A stretch of DNA of 21,924 nucleotides. Origin: an uncultured bacterium (GTDB lineage: Bacteria; RBG-13-61-14; DRUE01). Location of the stretch: positions 1-21,924 of the forward strand of contig CAZKMM010000028.1 of NCBI GenBank assembly GCA_964553915.1. Reading direction: 5' to 3'. Shown piece after piece: positions 14,767 to 21,924 of this stretch. Position numbers and translations under genes: made by a program. How positions within the stretch are numbered: position 1 is the stretch's first letter; each line of letters starts with the position of its first letter. The notes beneath the pieces were generated by a model, which did not search any database, had not been told where the DNA came from, and worked only from the letters and a program-made list of their open reading frames with translations.

Positions 14767-17124
14767 ATCCAGCGAAAGAAGATATTCTTTTCCCAGCTCC
14801 AGCTCAAAGGATTTGTGTTTGAGCTGAACCCGGAATTTTCCAGAAGAAAGAACCTGATACGGGTCTGAGAGCCGAATTCGGAGCTTTTTTGCCTCTGGCA
14901 AAGCAAGACCATCTGCGCTCTCCAGCTCCAGATAAGGAAGATATAATCCTGCCGAGACCAGATAAAAATCCTCCCTGCTGGAAAAATCCTCTGCCCTCCG
15001 GATAAAGCCCTGAATTCGGTAGGTATTGGAAAAAATAAACCGCTCCTCCTGATACCGCTTTAAAATCATCTCCATTGTAAAGGCACTGCTCCAGCCAAAT
15101 TGAAAGGTGCAATAGCCACCAGTGGAATACTCATTTTTGTATTTGCCGGTAAGCGGGTCATAGGTCTCATAAATTCCTTTCATCCCGTTCTGGTCTGCCA
15201 TCATCTTTAAAAGCCGGCTCCGAAGCTCCTCTGCCTCTTTCTCATAGCCGTATTTGAACAGGGTTTCCAGAGCAGAATAAGCAGTGATCAGCCAGATGCT
15301 GGCGGTCCAGCCCGGGGTTTTGGGGTCAAAATACGGGTCATTATAGGCAACCACAGGAATCGGGTATTTGCCGAAAAATTCCTCGGGATTTAAAAGATGC
15401 TTTTCAATTACCGCCCGGGCTTTTTTCTCATCCTGAGTTGCTCCAGCAAAAGCTGGAAACCAGATTGCCGGAGTGAGCACAGGAAAATGATGATAGTTCT
15501 TGGAACCAAGCCAGCTATAAGTATCCAGCCAGCACTGGCACTCCTCATCCCATAAAATCCGGTCAATCCTTCCTGCCAGCTTTCTCGCCTCCTCCTTCCA
15601 GTAGCAGGCTTCCTGCTCTTTTCCCAAATCTTCTGCCCAAAGGCTCATCGCCCGATAATAAAAATACATCCAGGAATTCAAATCCACATTGTCCAGAGGC
15701 TTGAACGCATAGCCAAGGATTTCTCCCAGATACCCCCAGTAAGGAATAAAACTCAGTTTGGGAACATAACTCGCCCGGGGAGAATTATCCCAGCCCCCTT
15801 CATCCTGACTGATATACTCAAACAATCCATTTCGGTTCTGGTCCCTTGCCCGCTTCCACCACTCAATAAAAGGTTTGCTTTTCTCATAAAGCTCTGCCTC
15901 AAAATCCCGGGCAAGCGGAGAAGAAGGATAGCGAGAAATAATCTTCATTCCTGCATAGCCAAACACCGGCGGTTGAGAATGCGGGGTTAAGGGCTTTGCC
16001 TTCTCATCTGCCATATGAGCAATAAAACCATCTTTCCGCTGTGCCTGAAAAATGGTGAGAATTACATCCCGAGCCCGCTCAAAAGAAATCTCACTATACC
16101 CGATTGCCTGAAAACCACTATCCCAGAGCCAGAACCAGTTATAATGAACCTTGCTCGGAACACAAGCCCAGTATTTCATCCTTCCCCTCGGAGCATAAAG
16201 AGCATTTTCCAGCGCGGTCGCAGACATATAATAAAGCTCTGAAAAATCCCTCTCCCCCTCGGAAAGATAAGGCTTGGGAAGGCTCTGGAAAAATCTCCGC
16301 TGAAAAGCGAGCATCTCCTCCCAGGCATCAGAAGGAGATTTTAATTTTTGTGCTCCCTCTCGGGCGAGCTGGAGAGCCTGCTCCGGACGGTCCGGAGAAT
16401 ATCCGAACACCAGCCAGAAATCATAAACCTGCCCGGGCTCCAGCTGAACCTCCTTTCCCTGAACCTGAAAATCTCCCGGCTTATCTCCTGCCAGAACCGA
16501 AAACTCAGAAAAAGAAGGAACCACTCCAAGAAAATTCTTCCCTCCTCCAATTGTGGGCTGAACCCGAAATTTTAAAACTACCCCCCGCTCCTTTTTCTCC
16601 AAGTTCATCTTTCGGGCTTTTTTCTCAAAATAAAAAATCGGAACCAGAGAAATCCGCTCCCTTGTAGTATTGGTGAGCTGATAGGAAAGTAAATATTGGT
16701 CCTGACCAAGAAAACTTGCCCGGGAAAGAAGTCTTAATCCCTCTGCCTGAGCCCGCTCCTCAATCCCAAAATATTCAAAATGAATCCTTCGCTCCTTTGC
16801 AGATTTGACCAGCTTACCATTAACCAGAAACCGCACCGAGCTTATCCCAGCCAAGCCAGTCCGGGAATAATCAAGAATATGCACCCCGGTGGCGCAGGCA
16901 TAATGCAGAATAGCTCCGATGCTCTTATCCTCTGCCCTAGCTTTTATCCCAAAATGACTCCCAAACGGGCTGATAGGTCCGCCATTATCCCGAAACCGGG
17001 TCTCAAATTCACTTACATAAGTAGGAGCGCCCGATAAAAATACCCCATCGCTCCACTTCAGCTCCTGAGAATTCAATCCCCCGGCAAAAACCAATAAAAC
17101 CAGCCCGAAAAATAACCTGCGCAT
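14764..17124 (-). CDS. Secreted six-hairpin (alpha/alpha)6-type glycoside hydrolase, GH63/processing-alpha-glucosidase-like (family uncertain)
   Basis: 786 aa with an N-terminal signal peptide (MRRLFFGLVLLVFAGGLNSQ). The central region has the motifs WFWLWDSGFQAIGY and GWDNSPR. I recall these as characteristic of GH63 / glucosidase-I-like (alpha/alpha)6 catalytic domains, from memory and without alignment. The C-terminal half is rich in Trp/Tyr. Strong RBS AAGGAGGGAGGAG before ATG 17122-17124. Confidence 0.6.
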   Translation of the reverse strand: MRRLFFGLVLLVFAGGLNSQELKWSDGVFLSGAPTYVSEFETRFRDNGGPISPFGSHFGIKARAEDKSIGAILHYACATGVHILDYSRTGLAGISSVRFLVNGKLVKSAKERRIHFEYFGIEERAQAEGLRLLSRASFLGQDQYLLSYQLTNTTRERISLVPIFYFEKKARKMNLEKKERGVVLKFRVQPTIGGGKNFLGVVPSFSEFSVLAGDKPGDFQVQGKEVQLEPGQVYDFWLVFGYSPDRPEQALQLAREGAQKLKSPSDAWEEMLAFQRRFFQSLPKPYLSEGERDFSELYYMSATALENALYAPRGRMKYWACVPSKVHYNWFWLWDSGFQAIGYSEISFERARDVILTIFQAQRKDGFIAHMADEKAKPLTPHSQPPVFGYAGMKIISRYPSSPLARDFEAELYEKSKPFIEWWKRARDQNRNGLFEYISQDEGGWDNSPRASYVPKLSFIPYWGYLGEILGYAFKPLDNVDLNSWMYFYYRAMSLWAEDLGKEQEACYWKEEARKLAGRIDRILWDEECQCWLDTYSWLGSKNYHHFPVLTPAIWFPAFAGATQDEKKARAVIEKHLLNPEEFFGKYPIPVVAYNDPYFDPKTPGWTASIWLITAYSALETLFKYGYEKEAEELRSRLLKMMADQNGMKGIYETYDPLTGKYKNEYSTGGYCTFQFGWSSAFTMEMILKRYQEERFIFSNTYRIQGFIRRAEDFSSREDFYLVSAGLYLPYLELESADGLALPEAKKLRIRLSDPYQVLSSGKFRVQLKHKSFELELGKEYLLSLD

Positions 17125-17230
17125 CTCCTCCCTCCTTTTTCTTTGCCCAAATTTTACCAGAGCATCTTTTTAAAAGAAAGATTTTTTTCTCCGCGAAAAA
17201 ATTTTTTTCCAAATATTTTTAAATTAGCTC

Positions 17231-17259
17231 TTGACATTTTTTCCAGATTAAGATATAAA
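17231..17259 (+). promoter_or_regulatory. Near-consensus sigma-70 promoter for trpB2
   Basis: TTGACA (17231-17236), a 17-nt spacer, then TATAAA (17254-17259). It is preceded by an A/T-rich, UP-element-like tract. It would give a leader of about 145 nt containing a perfect 6-bp hairpin CGCGGC-TTTTAA-GCCGCG (17317-17334). Confidence 0.55.
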
Positions 17260-17411
17260 TTTTTCCTTGATGGAAAAGCTACAAAACCCTTGCTTATACT
17301 TCTCTCTCGGGCGATGGCGCGGCTTTTAAGCCGCGGGTAATGACTTCCTTTCCGGAAAAAAATCTCTTTATTCCCAGAAAAATCCAATAAATACTGATAG
17401 GAGGTGTGAGA

Positions 17412-18770
17412 ATGGAAACTAAAATCTTATTATCTGAGAGCGAAATTCCCAGGGAATGGTACAATGTTCTGGCAGACCTGCCTTCTCCTCTTGACCCTCC
17501 GCTTCATCCAGCAACTCAGGAACCGCTCAAGCCCGATGACCTGGCTCCGCTTTTTCCGATGGGCTTAATTGAGCAGGAAATGAGCACTGAGCGCTGGATA
17601 AAAATCCCGGAAGAAGTACTTGATGTTTATACGATGTGGCGTCCCACTCCGCTATATCGGGCGCACCGGTTGGAAAAGGCTCTGAATACCCCGGCAAAAA
17701 TTTATTATAAATGGGAAGGGGTGAGTCCGCCTGGCTCTCACAAGCCCAACACCGCGGTTGCCCAGGCATATTACAACAAAAAAGAAGGAATTACACGGCT
17801 CACCACTGAGACCGGCGCTGGTCAGTGGGGAAGTGCTCTCTGCTTTGCCGGGATGCTTTTTGGCTTGAAGATCACAGTATATATGGTGAAAATCAGCTAT
17901 GAGCAAAAGCCTTACCGCAGGGTGCTGATGGAGACCTGGGGCGGAGAGGTATATCCCAGTCCGACCAACCGCACCCAGGCAGGAAAAAAGATTCTGGAAG
18001 AAAATCCAGACAGCCTCGGCTCCCTGGGAATTGCCATCAGCGAGGCAGTGGAAGATGCGGTTACCCATGATGACACCCATTATTCTCTTGGCTCGGTCTT
18101 AAACCATGTCATTCTTCATCAGACCATCATTGGCTTGGAAGCGAAAAAGCAACTGGAAAAGGTAGGAGATTATCCAGATGTGGTGATTGGCTGTGTTGGT
18201 GGAGGGAGTAATTACGGCGGAACCGCCATGCCCTTTGCCTATGACAAGTTCAACGGGAAAGAGGTTCGGCTGGTGGCGGTGGAACCAACCGCCTGCCCCA
18301 CCCTGACTAAAGGAATCTATACCTATGATTTTGGGGATACTGCGCAGACGACCCCGCTCCTTCGGATGTTCACCCTGGGGCATGATTTTGTCCCGCCCGG
18401 AATTCACGCGGGAGGACTTCGCTATCACGGCGATAATCCAGTTATCTGCAAGCTGGTTAAAGAGGGGCTGATGGAGGCAGTGGCATATCATCAAAATCCG
18501 GTTTTTGAAGCTGCAATGCTTTTTGCCAAAACCGAGGGATTTATTCCTGCACCTGAGACTGCTCACGCCATCAAAGCAGTGATTGATGAGGCAATCAAAG
18601 CCCGGGAGGAAGGAAAAGAGCGGGTAATTCTCTTTAACAATTCTGGACACGGACATTTTGACCTGAAAGCTTATGATGACTATCTGGCAGGGAAACTCCA
18701 GGATTATGAATATCCAGAAGAAGCCATTAAAAAAGCCCTGGAAAAACTGCCCAAGATAGAGGCTGGATAA
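17412..18770 (+). CDS. trpB: Tryptophan synthase beta-subunit-like PLP enzyme, TrpB2 type
   Basis: 453 aa starting from ATG 17412 (RBS AGGAGGTG 6 nt upstream; the ORF track begins 6 nt earlier at a GTG). The long N-terminal extension [27 protein letters not shown], the PLP-lysine region [23 protein letters not shown] and the overall length are diagnostic of the TrpB2 clade rather than TrpB1. Confidence 0.9.
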   Translation: METKILLSESEIPREWYNVLADLPSPLDPPLHPATQEPLKPDDLAPLFPMGLIEQEMSTERWIKIPEEVLDVYTMWRPTPLYRAHRLEKALNTPAKIYYKWEGVSPPGSHKPNTAVAQAYYNKKEGITRLTTETGAGQWGSALCFAGMLFGLKITVYMVKISYEQKPYRRVLMETWGGEVYPSPTNRTQAGKKILEENPDSLGSLGIAISEAVEDAVTHDDTHYSLGSVLNHVILHQTIIGLEAKKQLEKVGDYPDVVIGCVGGGSNYGGTAMPFAYDKFNGKEVRLVAVEPTACPTLTKGIYTYDFGDTAQTTPLLRMFTLGHDFVPPGIHAGGLRYHGDNPVICKLVKEGLMEAVAYHQNPVFEAAMLFAKTEGFIPAPETAHAIKAVIDEAIKAREEGKERVILFNNSGHGHFDLKAYDDYLAGKLQDYEYPEEAIKKALEKLPKIEAG

Positions 18771-18795
18771 ATAGCCAGAAATTTCCAGTAAAAAG

Positions 18796-18832
18796 AGGCT
18801 CCTGCTAGAATCTGGCAGGAGCCTTTTATTTT
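18796..18832 (+). terminator. Rho-independent terminator of trpB2
   Basis: Perfect 10-bp stem AGGCTCCTGC / GCAGGAGCCT with a 9-nt loop, followed by TTTATTTTCT, 26 nt after the stop. Confidence 0.7.
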
Positions 18833-18895
18833 CTCGCTTGCATCAGAAAGAAAAAAAAGCTATTTTTAAAAAAGTTAAGCAAAAGGGAGGATTTA

Positions 18896-19402
18896 ATGAG
18901 CAAAACCTATCCCAAACGGCTTTTGGAATTTGCCCAGGAGCATATTCCCCTGCTCCGCACCTATCTGGAGCGGGAAGAAAAAAGAGATATTGACAAGCTG
19001 ATTCGCCAGGAGCTGGTAAAAAAACTTCAGGAGCTGATTGACCAGCTCAATCAGGCAAAGCAGAAGCTGGTAGATTCCGGAAGACTTGCCGGACTTGACC
19101 TGCTCGACCGCACCACCCATAAGCTGGAAAAAATCCGGGATAGCATCCGGTTTGCCTCCCGGGGATACCGTGGAGTCTTTGACCTGGAGCAGATGGCAGA
19201 GGAGGAACTTGACCGGTTGATTGAATTTGACCAGAAGCTCTTCAGCAAAATAAAAGCTTTAAAAGAAAAACTCCAGCAGGTTTTATCCCGCCCTCAGGCA
19301 GAATTGAAATCAGCCCTGAGCGAATTTGACCGGGAAATAGAAGAATTTGACTCTCATCTGGAGGAACGGGATAAATATGCCCTGGAAAAAGAGGGAAAAT
19401 AA
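18896..19402 (+). CDS. Hypothetical coiled-coil protein, co-transcribed with the SPFH/zinc-ribbon protein
   Basis: 168 aa, highly charged (E/K/R/D/L/Q-rich), with heptad-like periodicity throughout (LIRQELVKKLQELIDQLNQAKQKLVDSG..., DRLIEFDQKLFSKIKALKEKLQQVL...). RBS AAGGGAGGA before the ATG. I recognise no catalytic motif. It is 30 nt upstream of the next gene. Confidence 0.65.
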   Translation: MSKTYPKRLLEFAQEHIPLLRTYLEREEKRDIDKLIRQELVKKLQELIDQLNQAKQKLVDSGRLAGLDLLDRTTHKLEKIRDSIRFASRGYRGVFDLEQMAEEELDRLIEFDQKLFSKIKALKEKLQQVLSRPQAELKSALSEFDREIEEFDSHLEERDKYALEKEGK

Positions 19403-19432
19403 TTTCAAGCCTTCAAAGAAAGGAGCAAAGAT

Positions 19433-20581
19433 ATGCCCTTATTGGAAGTAATTGAATGGTTTGACCAGACCGGCGAGGAACTGGTTCATCGCATTCCTGA
19501 AGAAGGCTCCGCAGAGACCACCTATGGCTCCCAGTTGATTGTCCGGGAAAATCAGGCTGCGGTTTTTTTCCGGGATGGTAAGGCGCTGGATGTCTTTGGA
19601 CCCGGCAGGCATACTTTAAGCACCCAGAATCTACCGGTTTTAACCAAGCTTTTAACCCGCACAGTTGGATTTGGCTCCACCAGCCCTTTTCGGGTGGAGG
19701 TATATTTTGTTAATCTCAAGGTTTTTACCAGCTTAAAATGGGGCACCAGGGAGCCGGTGGCATTTCGGGATTCTGAGCTGGGCTTGGTTCGGCTTCGGGC
19801 ATTTGGCAATTACACGATGCGGGTGACCCAGCCTCTGCTTTTTATCAACAACATTGTGGGCACTCAGGGAATATATCGGAGCGAGCAAATCCATGATTAT
19901 TTAAAAGATGTGATTGTCAGCCGGCTCAATGACCTGCTCGGCGAACAGCTGGATACCATCTTCAATCTCCCGAGAATTTACGATGAGCTGGGAGTGGCAG
20001 TGAAGATGAGGCTGGTAGATGATTTTGAGAAATACGGGCTTGAGCTGATTGATTTCTTTATCCAGAGCATCACCCCGCCAGAAGAGGTGCAGAAAATGAT
20101 TGACGAGCGGGGAGCAATGCAGGCAGTGGGGGATTTGGGAAAATTTATGCAGTTTAAAGCTGCCAAGGCAATGGGAGATGCCGCTACTGCTGGAGGCGGA
20201 GAAGGTGCTGGCGGCGCCGCTGGCGCCGGCTTGGGAATGGGAGTTGGAGCCGGGCTCGGCTTAATGATGCCCGGGCTGATTTTCCGGACAATGGGCGCCA
20301 GCCCGGAAGAAGCTGTCAAAAAAATTCAGGAGACCGGAAAAATCCAGTGCCCGAGCTGTGGCACGGAACTGCCCGCAGATGCCCGCTTCTGTATGAAATG
20401 CGGGGAGCAATTGGTGGTGGTGAAAAAATGTCCCAAGTGCGGTCATACTCTGGATGAAGATGCTAATTTCTGCTCCAACTGCGGATACGCCTTAAAAGGT
20501 CCGGATAAATGCCCGCACTGCGGAGCAGACCTCCCTCCAGGCGCCAAATTCTGCACCAAATGCGGGGAGAAGGTGGAGTAA
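19433..20581 (+). CDS. SPFH/Band-7-like (YdjI / PF13421-type) domain protein fused to a Gly/Ala-rich linker and three C-terminal zinc-ribbon motifs
   Basis: The N-terminal ~250 aa (LEVIEWFDQTGEELVHRIPEEGSAETTYGSQLIVRENQAAVFFRDGKALDVFGPGRHTLSTQNLPVLTKLL...) matches the pattern of the PF13421 SPFH family. A linker AGGGEGAGGAAGAGLGMGVGAGLG follows. Then come three repeats of the zinc-ribbon form CPxCG-x(9-10)-FCxxCG (CPSCGTELPADARFCMKCG, CPKCGHTLDEDANFCSNCG, CPHCGADLPPGAKFCTKCG). RBS AAAGGAGC precedes the ATG. Confidence 0.8.
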   Translation: MPLLEVIEWFDQTGEELVHRIPEEGSAETTYGSQLIVRENQAAVFFRDGKALDVFGPGRHTLSTQNLPVLTKLLTRTVGFGSTSPFRVEVYFVNLKVFTSLKWGTREPVAFRDSELGLVRLRAFGNYTMRVTQPLLFINNIVGTQGIYRSEQIHDYLKDVIVSRLNDLLGEQLDTIFNLPRIYDELGVAVKMRLVDDFEKYGLELIDFFIQSITPPEEVQKMIDERGAMQAVGDLGKFMQFKAAKAMGDAATAGGGEGAGGAAGAGLGMGVGAGLGLMMPGLIFRTMGASPEEAVKKIQETGKIQCPSCGTELPADARFCMKCGEQLVVVKKCPKCGHTLDEDANFCSNCGYALKGPDKCPHCGADLPPGAKFCTKCGEKVE

Positions 20582-20613
20582 AAACCAAAATCTCATTCAA
20601 TTACCTGGCAGTT

Positions 20614-20887
20614 AATTAATAACCGCAGAGAAAGAGATTAAAAAGGCTTTAGGAATCTCTGCTAGTTTGAGGAACCGGGCGAATGGGAAGGGATTAACTA
20701 TAAATATCTAGGAAGTTTTGAGAGAGGGTTTGAGAATCCAAGCTTCAGGCATCCGGCAAAAATAGCAAGGGCACTTGGGGTTGCGCTTTCAGAACTTTTT
20801 CAATTCCAGCACTTAGAACCGGGTGGTGAAAAGCTCCTTAAAGAAATCAATAAGATACTTTCCAAAATGTCTGACTCCCAGCTTTAA
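20614..20887 (+). pseudogene. Start-less remnant of an XRE-family helix-turn-helix regulator (probable pseudogene)
   Basis: Frame 2 (20666-20887) encodes ...GINYKYLGSFERGFENPSFRHPAKIARALGVALSELF...KMSDSQL*. This corresponds to helices 3-5 of an XRE helix-turn-helix (consensus GVSRSYISRIERGKRNPSLETLLKIAKALGVSLSELF). There is an in-frame TAG at 20663 and no in-frame ATG/GTG/TTG. A second frame (20614-20709) carries a short helix-turn-helix-like fragment (EIKKALGISASL), consistent with frameshift decay. Confidence 0.35.
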
Positions 20888-21002
20888 CTTGCCTATAGGC
20901 TGATTGAAGAAGTATCTTTATAAAAGAATAAAGATTCAAATTTACTCTTTTATCAGTTTTTGCTTGAAGGGAGTTGGGTTTGGTTTTAAAATAAAATTGA
21001 AA

Positions 21003-21260
21003 ATGAAAGTTAAGTTTAAAACTTCCTCGGAAACCAAAATGGAGAGCAGGTTTACCGCGGTATTTGAAAAGCGGGGTAGGCTCTGGATTGGTTGGGTAGA
21101 GGAAATTAGCGGGGTAAATACTCAGGGAAGAACCCTTAAAGAAGCTCGGGAGAATCTTAAAGAAGCTCTTAAGCTGGTGATTGAAGCCAATCGAGAGCTT
21201 TCCCGAAAACAGTATCAAAACAAACAGACCCGCCGGGAAGAGATTAAAGTCAGGATTTAA
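21003..21260 (+). CDS. hicB: HicB-family antitoxin (type II toxin-antitoxin system)
   Basis: The core MKVKFKTSSETKMESRFTAVFEKRGRLWIGWVEEISGVNTQGRTLKEARENLKEALKLVIEANRE matches the HicB/UPF0150 pattern (..Y.avie.dedg.yva.vPelpGc.tqGeTleEAlenlkEAielyle). I place the start at ATG 21003. The ORF-track start at 20904 adds 33 low-complexity residues encoded in A/T-rich, promoter-like sequence. It sits immediately upstream of the HicA-like frame. Confidence 0.65.
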   Translation: MKVKFKTSSETKMESRFTAVFEKRGRLWIGWVEEISGVNTQGRTLKEARENLKEALKLVIEANRELSRKQYQNKQTRREEIKVRI

Positions 21261-21266
21261 TTTTCA

Positions 21267-21924
21267 GTGAAGCGGAAAGAACTGCTTCAGCATTTAGAAA
21301 AGTCAGGTTGTATTCTTCTACGGGAGGGGAAAAGGCATTCAGTATATATCAATCCGGAGAAAAATTTGATTTCAACGGTGCCTCGGCATAGAGAGATTGA
21401 CAACAAACTTGCCCGAAAAATCCTCAACCACGCCTCCCAAATCCAGATCAGGGAAATAGAAGACCCAGACCCCATCATTAAAACCGAGATATATTCTTAT
21501 GATAAAGCAGGAAACATAAATCAATATCAATATTACATTGCTGACCAGCTTCAAAATCAGGTGATTCTGGTCAATAATGATAACCAGAGGCTTACTTCTC
21601 TCCTCGGCACCCAAGCCTCCTTTGGAGATTATGTCTATGACCATCTCGGTCAGAGGGTGCTGAAGGCAGAGCTGGGATATATCATTTTTGTTTATGACAT
21701 CTTCGGGAACTTGATTGGAGAATATGCTCCGGATGGAAGTTTGATTGCAGATTATGTTTACCTGGGGAATAACCGCCTGGCAAAGATTCAGCTCCCTCCA
21801 GAAGCTCAGCCTCCCTTCCCGGGCTGTCCGGGGATAGCTCCTATCCAGCCCTGCGGAATTTATGGAATCCAGGCAAAAACCAACTGGGCTTTGATGGTGA
21901 TTTTGCCTCTGGTTGTCCTGCTGG
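21267..21924 (+). CDS. HicA-like toxin domain (N-terminal ~57 aa) continuing in frame into a YD/RHS-repeat region, 3'-truncated by the window end
   Basis: GTG at 21267, 7 nt after the hicB stop and in the same frame. The N-terminal VKRKELLQHLEKSGCILLREGKRHSVYINPEKNLISTVPRHREIDNKLARKIL matches HicA (..LiklLe.dGw.lvRqkGSHh.fkhP.k.g.vtvPhp.kdl..gtl.sI). The frame then stays open for at least 160 more codons to nt 21924 with YD-type repeats (IYSYDKAGNI, YVYDHLGQRV, FVYDIFGNLIGEYAPDGSL, YVYLGNNRLAKI), ending in a hydrophobic stretch WALMVILPLVVLL. Whether this is one gene is unresolved. Confidence 0.5.
   Translation, partial: MKRKELLQHLEKSGCILLREGKRHSVYINPEKNLISTVPRHREIDNKLARKILNHASQIQIREIEDPDPIIKTEIYSYDKAGNINQYQYYIADQLQNQVILVNNDNQRLTSLLGTQASFGDYVYDHLGQRVLKAELGYIIFVYDIFGNLIGEYAPDGSLIADYVYLGNNRLAKIQLPPEAQPPFPGCPGIAPIQPCGIYGIQAKTNWALMVILPLVVLL

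Noticed and set aside
16104-16667. 187-aa Pro/Ser/Glu-rich plus-strand ORF antisense to the glycosidase gene (also 16015-16242, 16348-16575, 16780-17037)
   Set aside because: It lies entirely within the 786-aa glycosidase CDS on the opposite strand. Its low-complexity translation is typical of antisense frames, and it has no translation signals.
17266-17411. Possible T-box or attenuator in the trpB2 leader
   Set aside because: I could not find the conserved T-box sequence (AGGGUGGNACCGCG-like) or a leader peptide with tandem Trp codons. Only a single non-terminator hairpin is evident.
17652-18656. Minus-strand ORFs of 142 and 185 aa inside trpB2
   Set aside because: They are antisense to a highly conserved PLP enzyme, have no RBS, and their translations are low-complexity.
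19978-20319. 113-aa Pro/Ala-rich minus-strand ORF opposite the Gly/Ala-linker region of the SPFH gene
   Set aside because: It is a complement-strand artefact of the GC-rich Gly/Ala codon run (GGC/GCC repeats) and has no independent support.
20904-21002. N-terminal 33-codon extension of the hicB ORF (MKKYLYKRIKIQIYSFISFCLKGVGFGFKIKLK)
   Set aside because: It is A/T-rich, low-complexity and not part of the HicB fold. An internal ATG at 21003 gives a canonical-length antitoxin. The extension is probably promoter or leader DNA.
20847-21644. Minus-strand ORFs 20847-21218, 21287-21478 and 21372-21644
   Set aside because: They are antisense to the HicB frame and to the HicA/YD-repeat frame, which is open from 21267 to the window end. 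The plus-strand frames have recognisable domain similarity; the minus ones do not.
1-21924. CRISPR arrays, tRNA/rRNA genes, transposases or integrases
   Set aside because: I found no regularly spaced direct repeats, no tRNA-like GTTCGAATC T-loop context, no rRNA-like conserved blocks, and no ORF with transposase or integrase motifs.

Overview
This is a 21.9-kb chromosomal segment from what is probably an uncultivated bacterium with a Gram-negative-type envelope. The coding density is about 90% and the ribosome-binding sites are G-rich (GGGGGG / AGGAGG). The genes fall into four groups. First, purine biosynthesis: purB, then purF of the B. subtilis type with a propeptide and 4Fe-4S ligands, then a divergent PurN-like formyltransferase. 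Second, amino-sugar catabolism: a translationally coupled ROK kinase-nagA-nagB operon, next to a large secreted (alpha/alpha)6-type glycosidase and an ECF sigma factor. Third, envelope proteins: two tandem TolB-like PD40 propeller-OmpA fusions plus an AMIN-domain lipoprotein, in one minus-strand operon. Fourth, single genes: two tandem spoVG paralogues, a YycJ-like MBL hydrolase, a putative MA-clan metallopeptidase, and a stand-alone TrpB2 with a near-consensus sigma-70 promoter and a clean intrinsic terminator. At the left edge there is a 5'-truncated ORF with a SPASM-like cysteine motif. Two parts look accessory. Part (i), at 18.9-20.6 kb, pairs a 168-aa coiled-coil protein with an SPFH (Band-7, YdjI/PF13421-like) protein fused to a Gly/Ala linker and three tandem zinc ribbons. 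Part (ii), from about 20.6 kb to the window end, is an AT-richer islet. It holds a start-less XRE helix-turn-helix remnant, a hicB antitoxin gene, and a HicA-like reading frame that starts at a GTG 7 nt after hicB and runs without a stop into a region of YD/RHS-type repeats until the window ends. A candidate sigma-54 promoter sits upstream of the second spoVG copy. I saw no rRNA, tRNA, CRISPR array, transposase or integrase.
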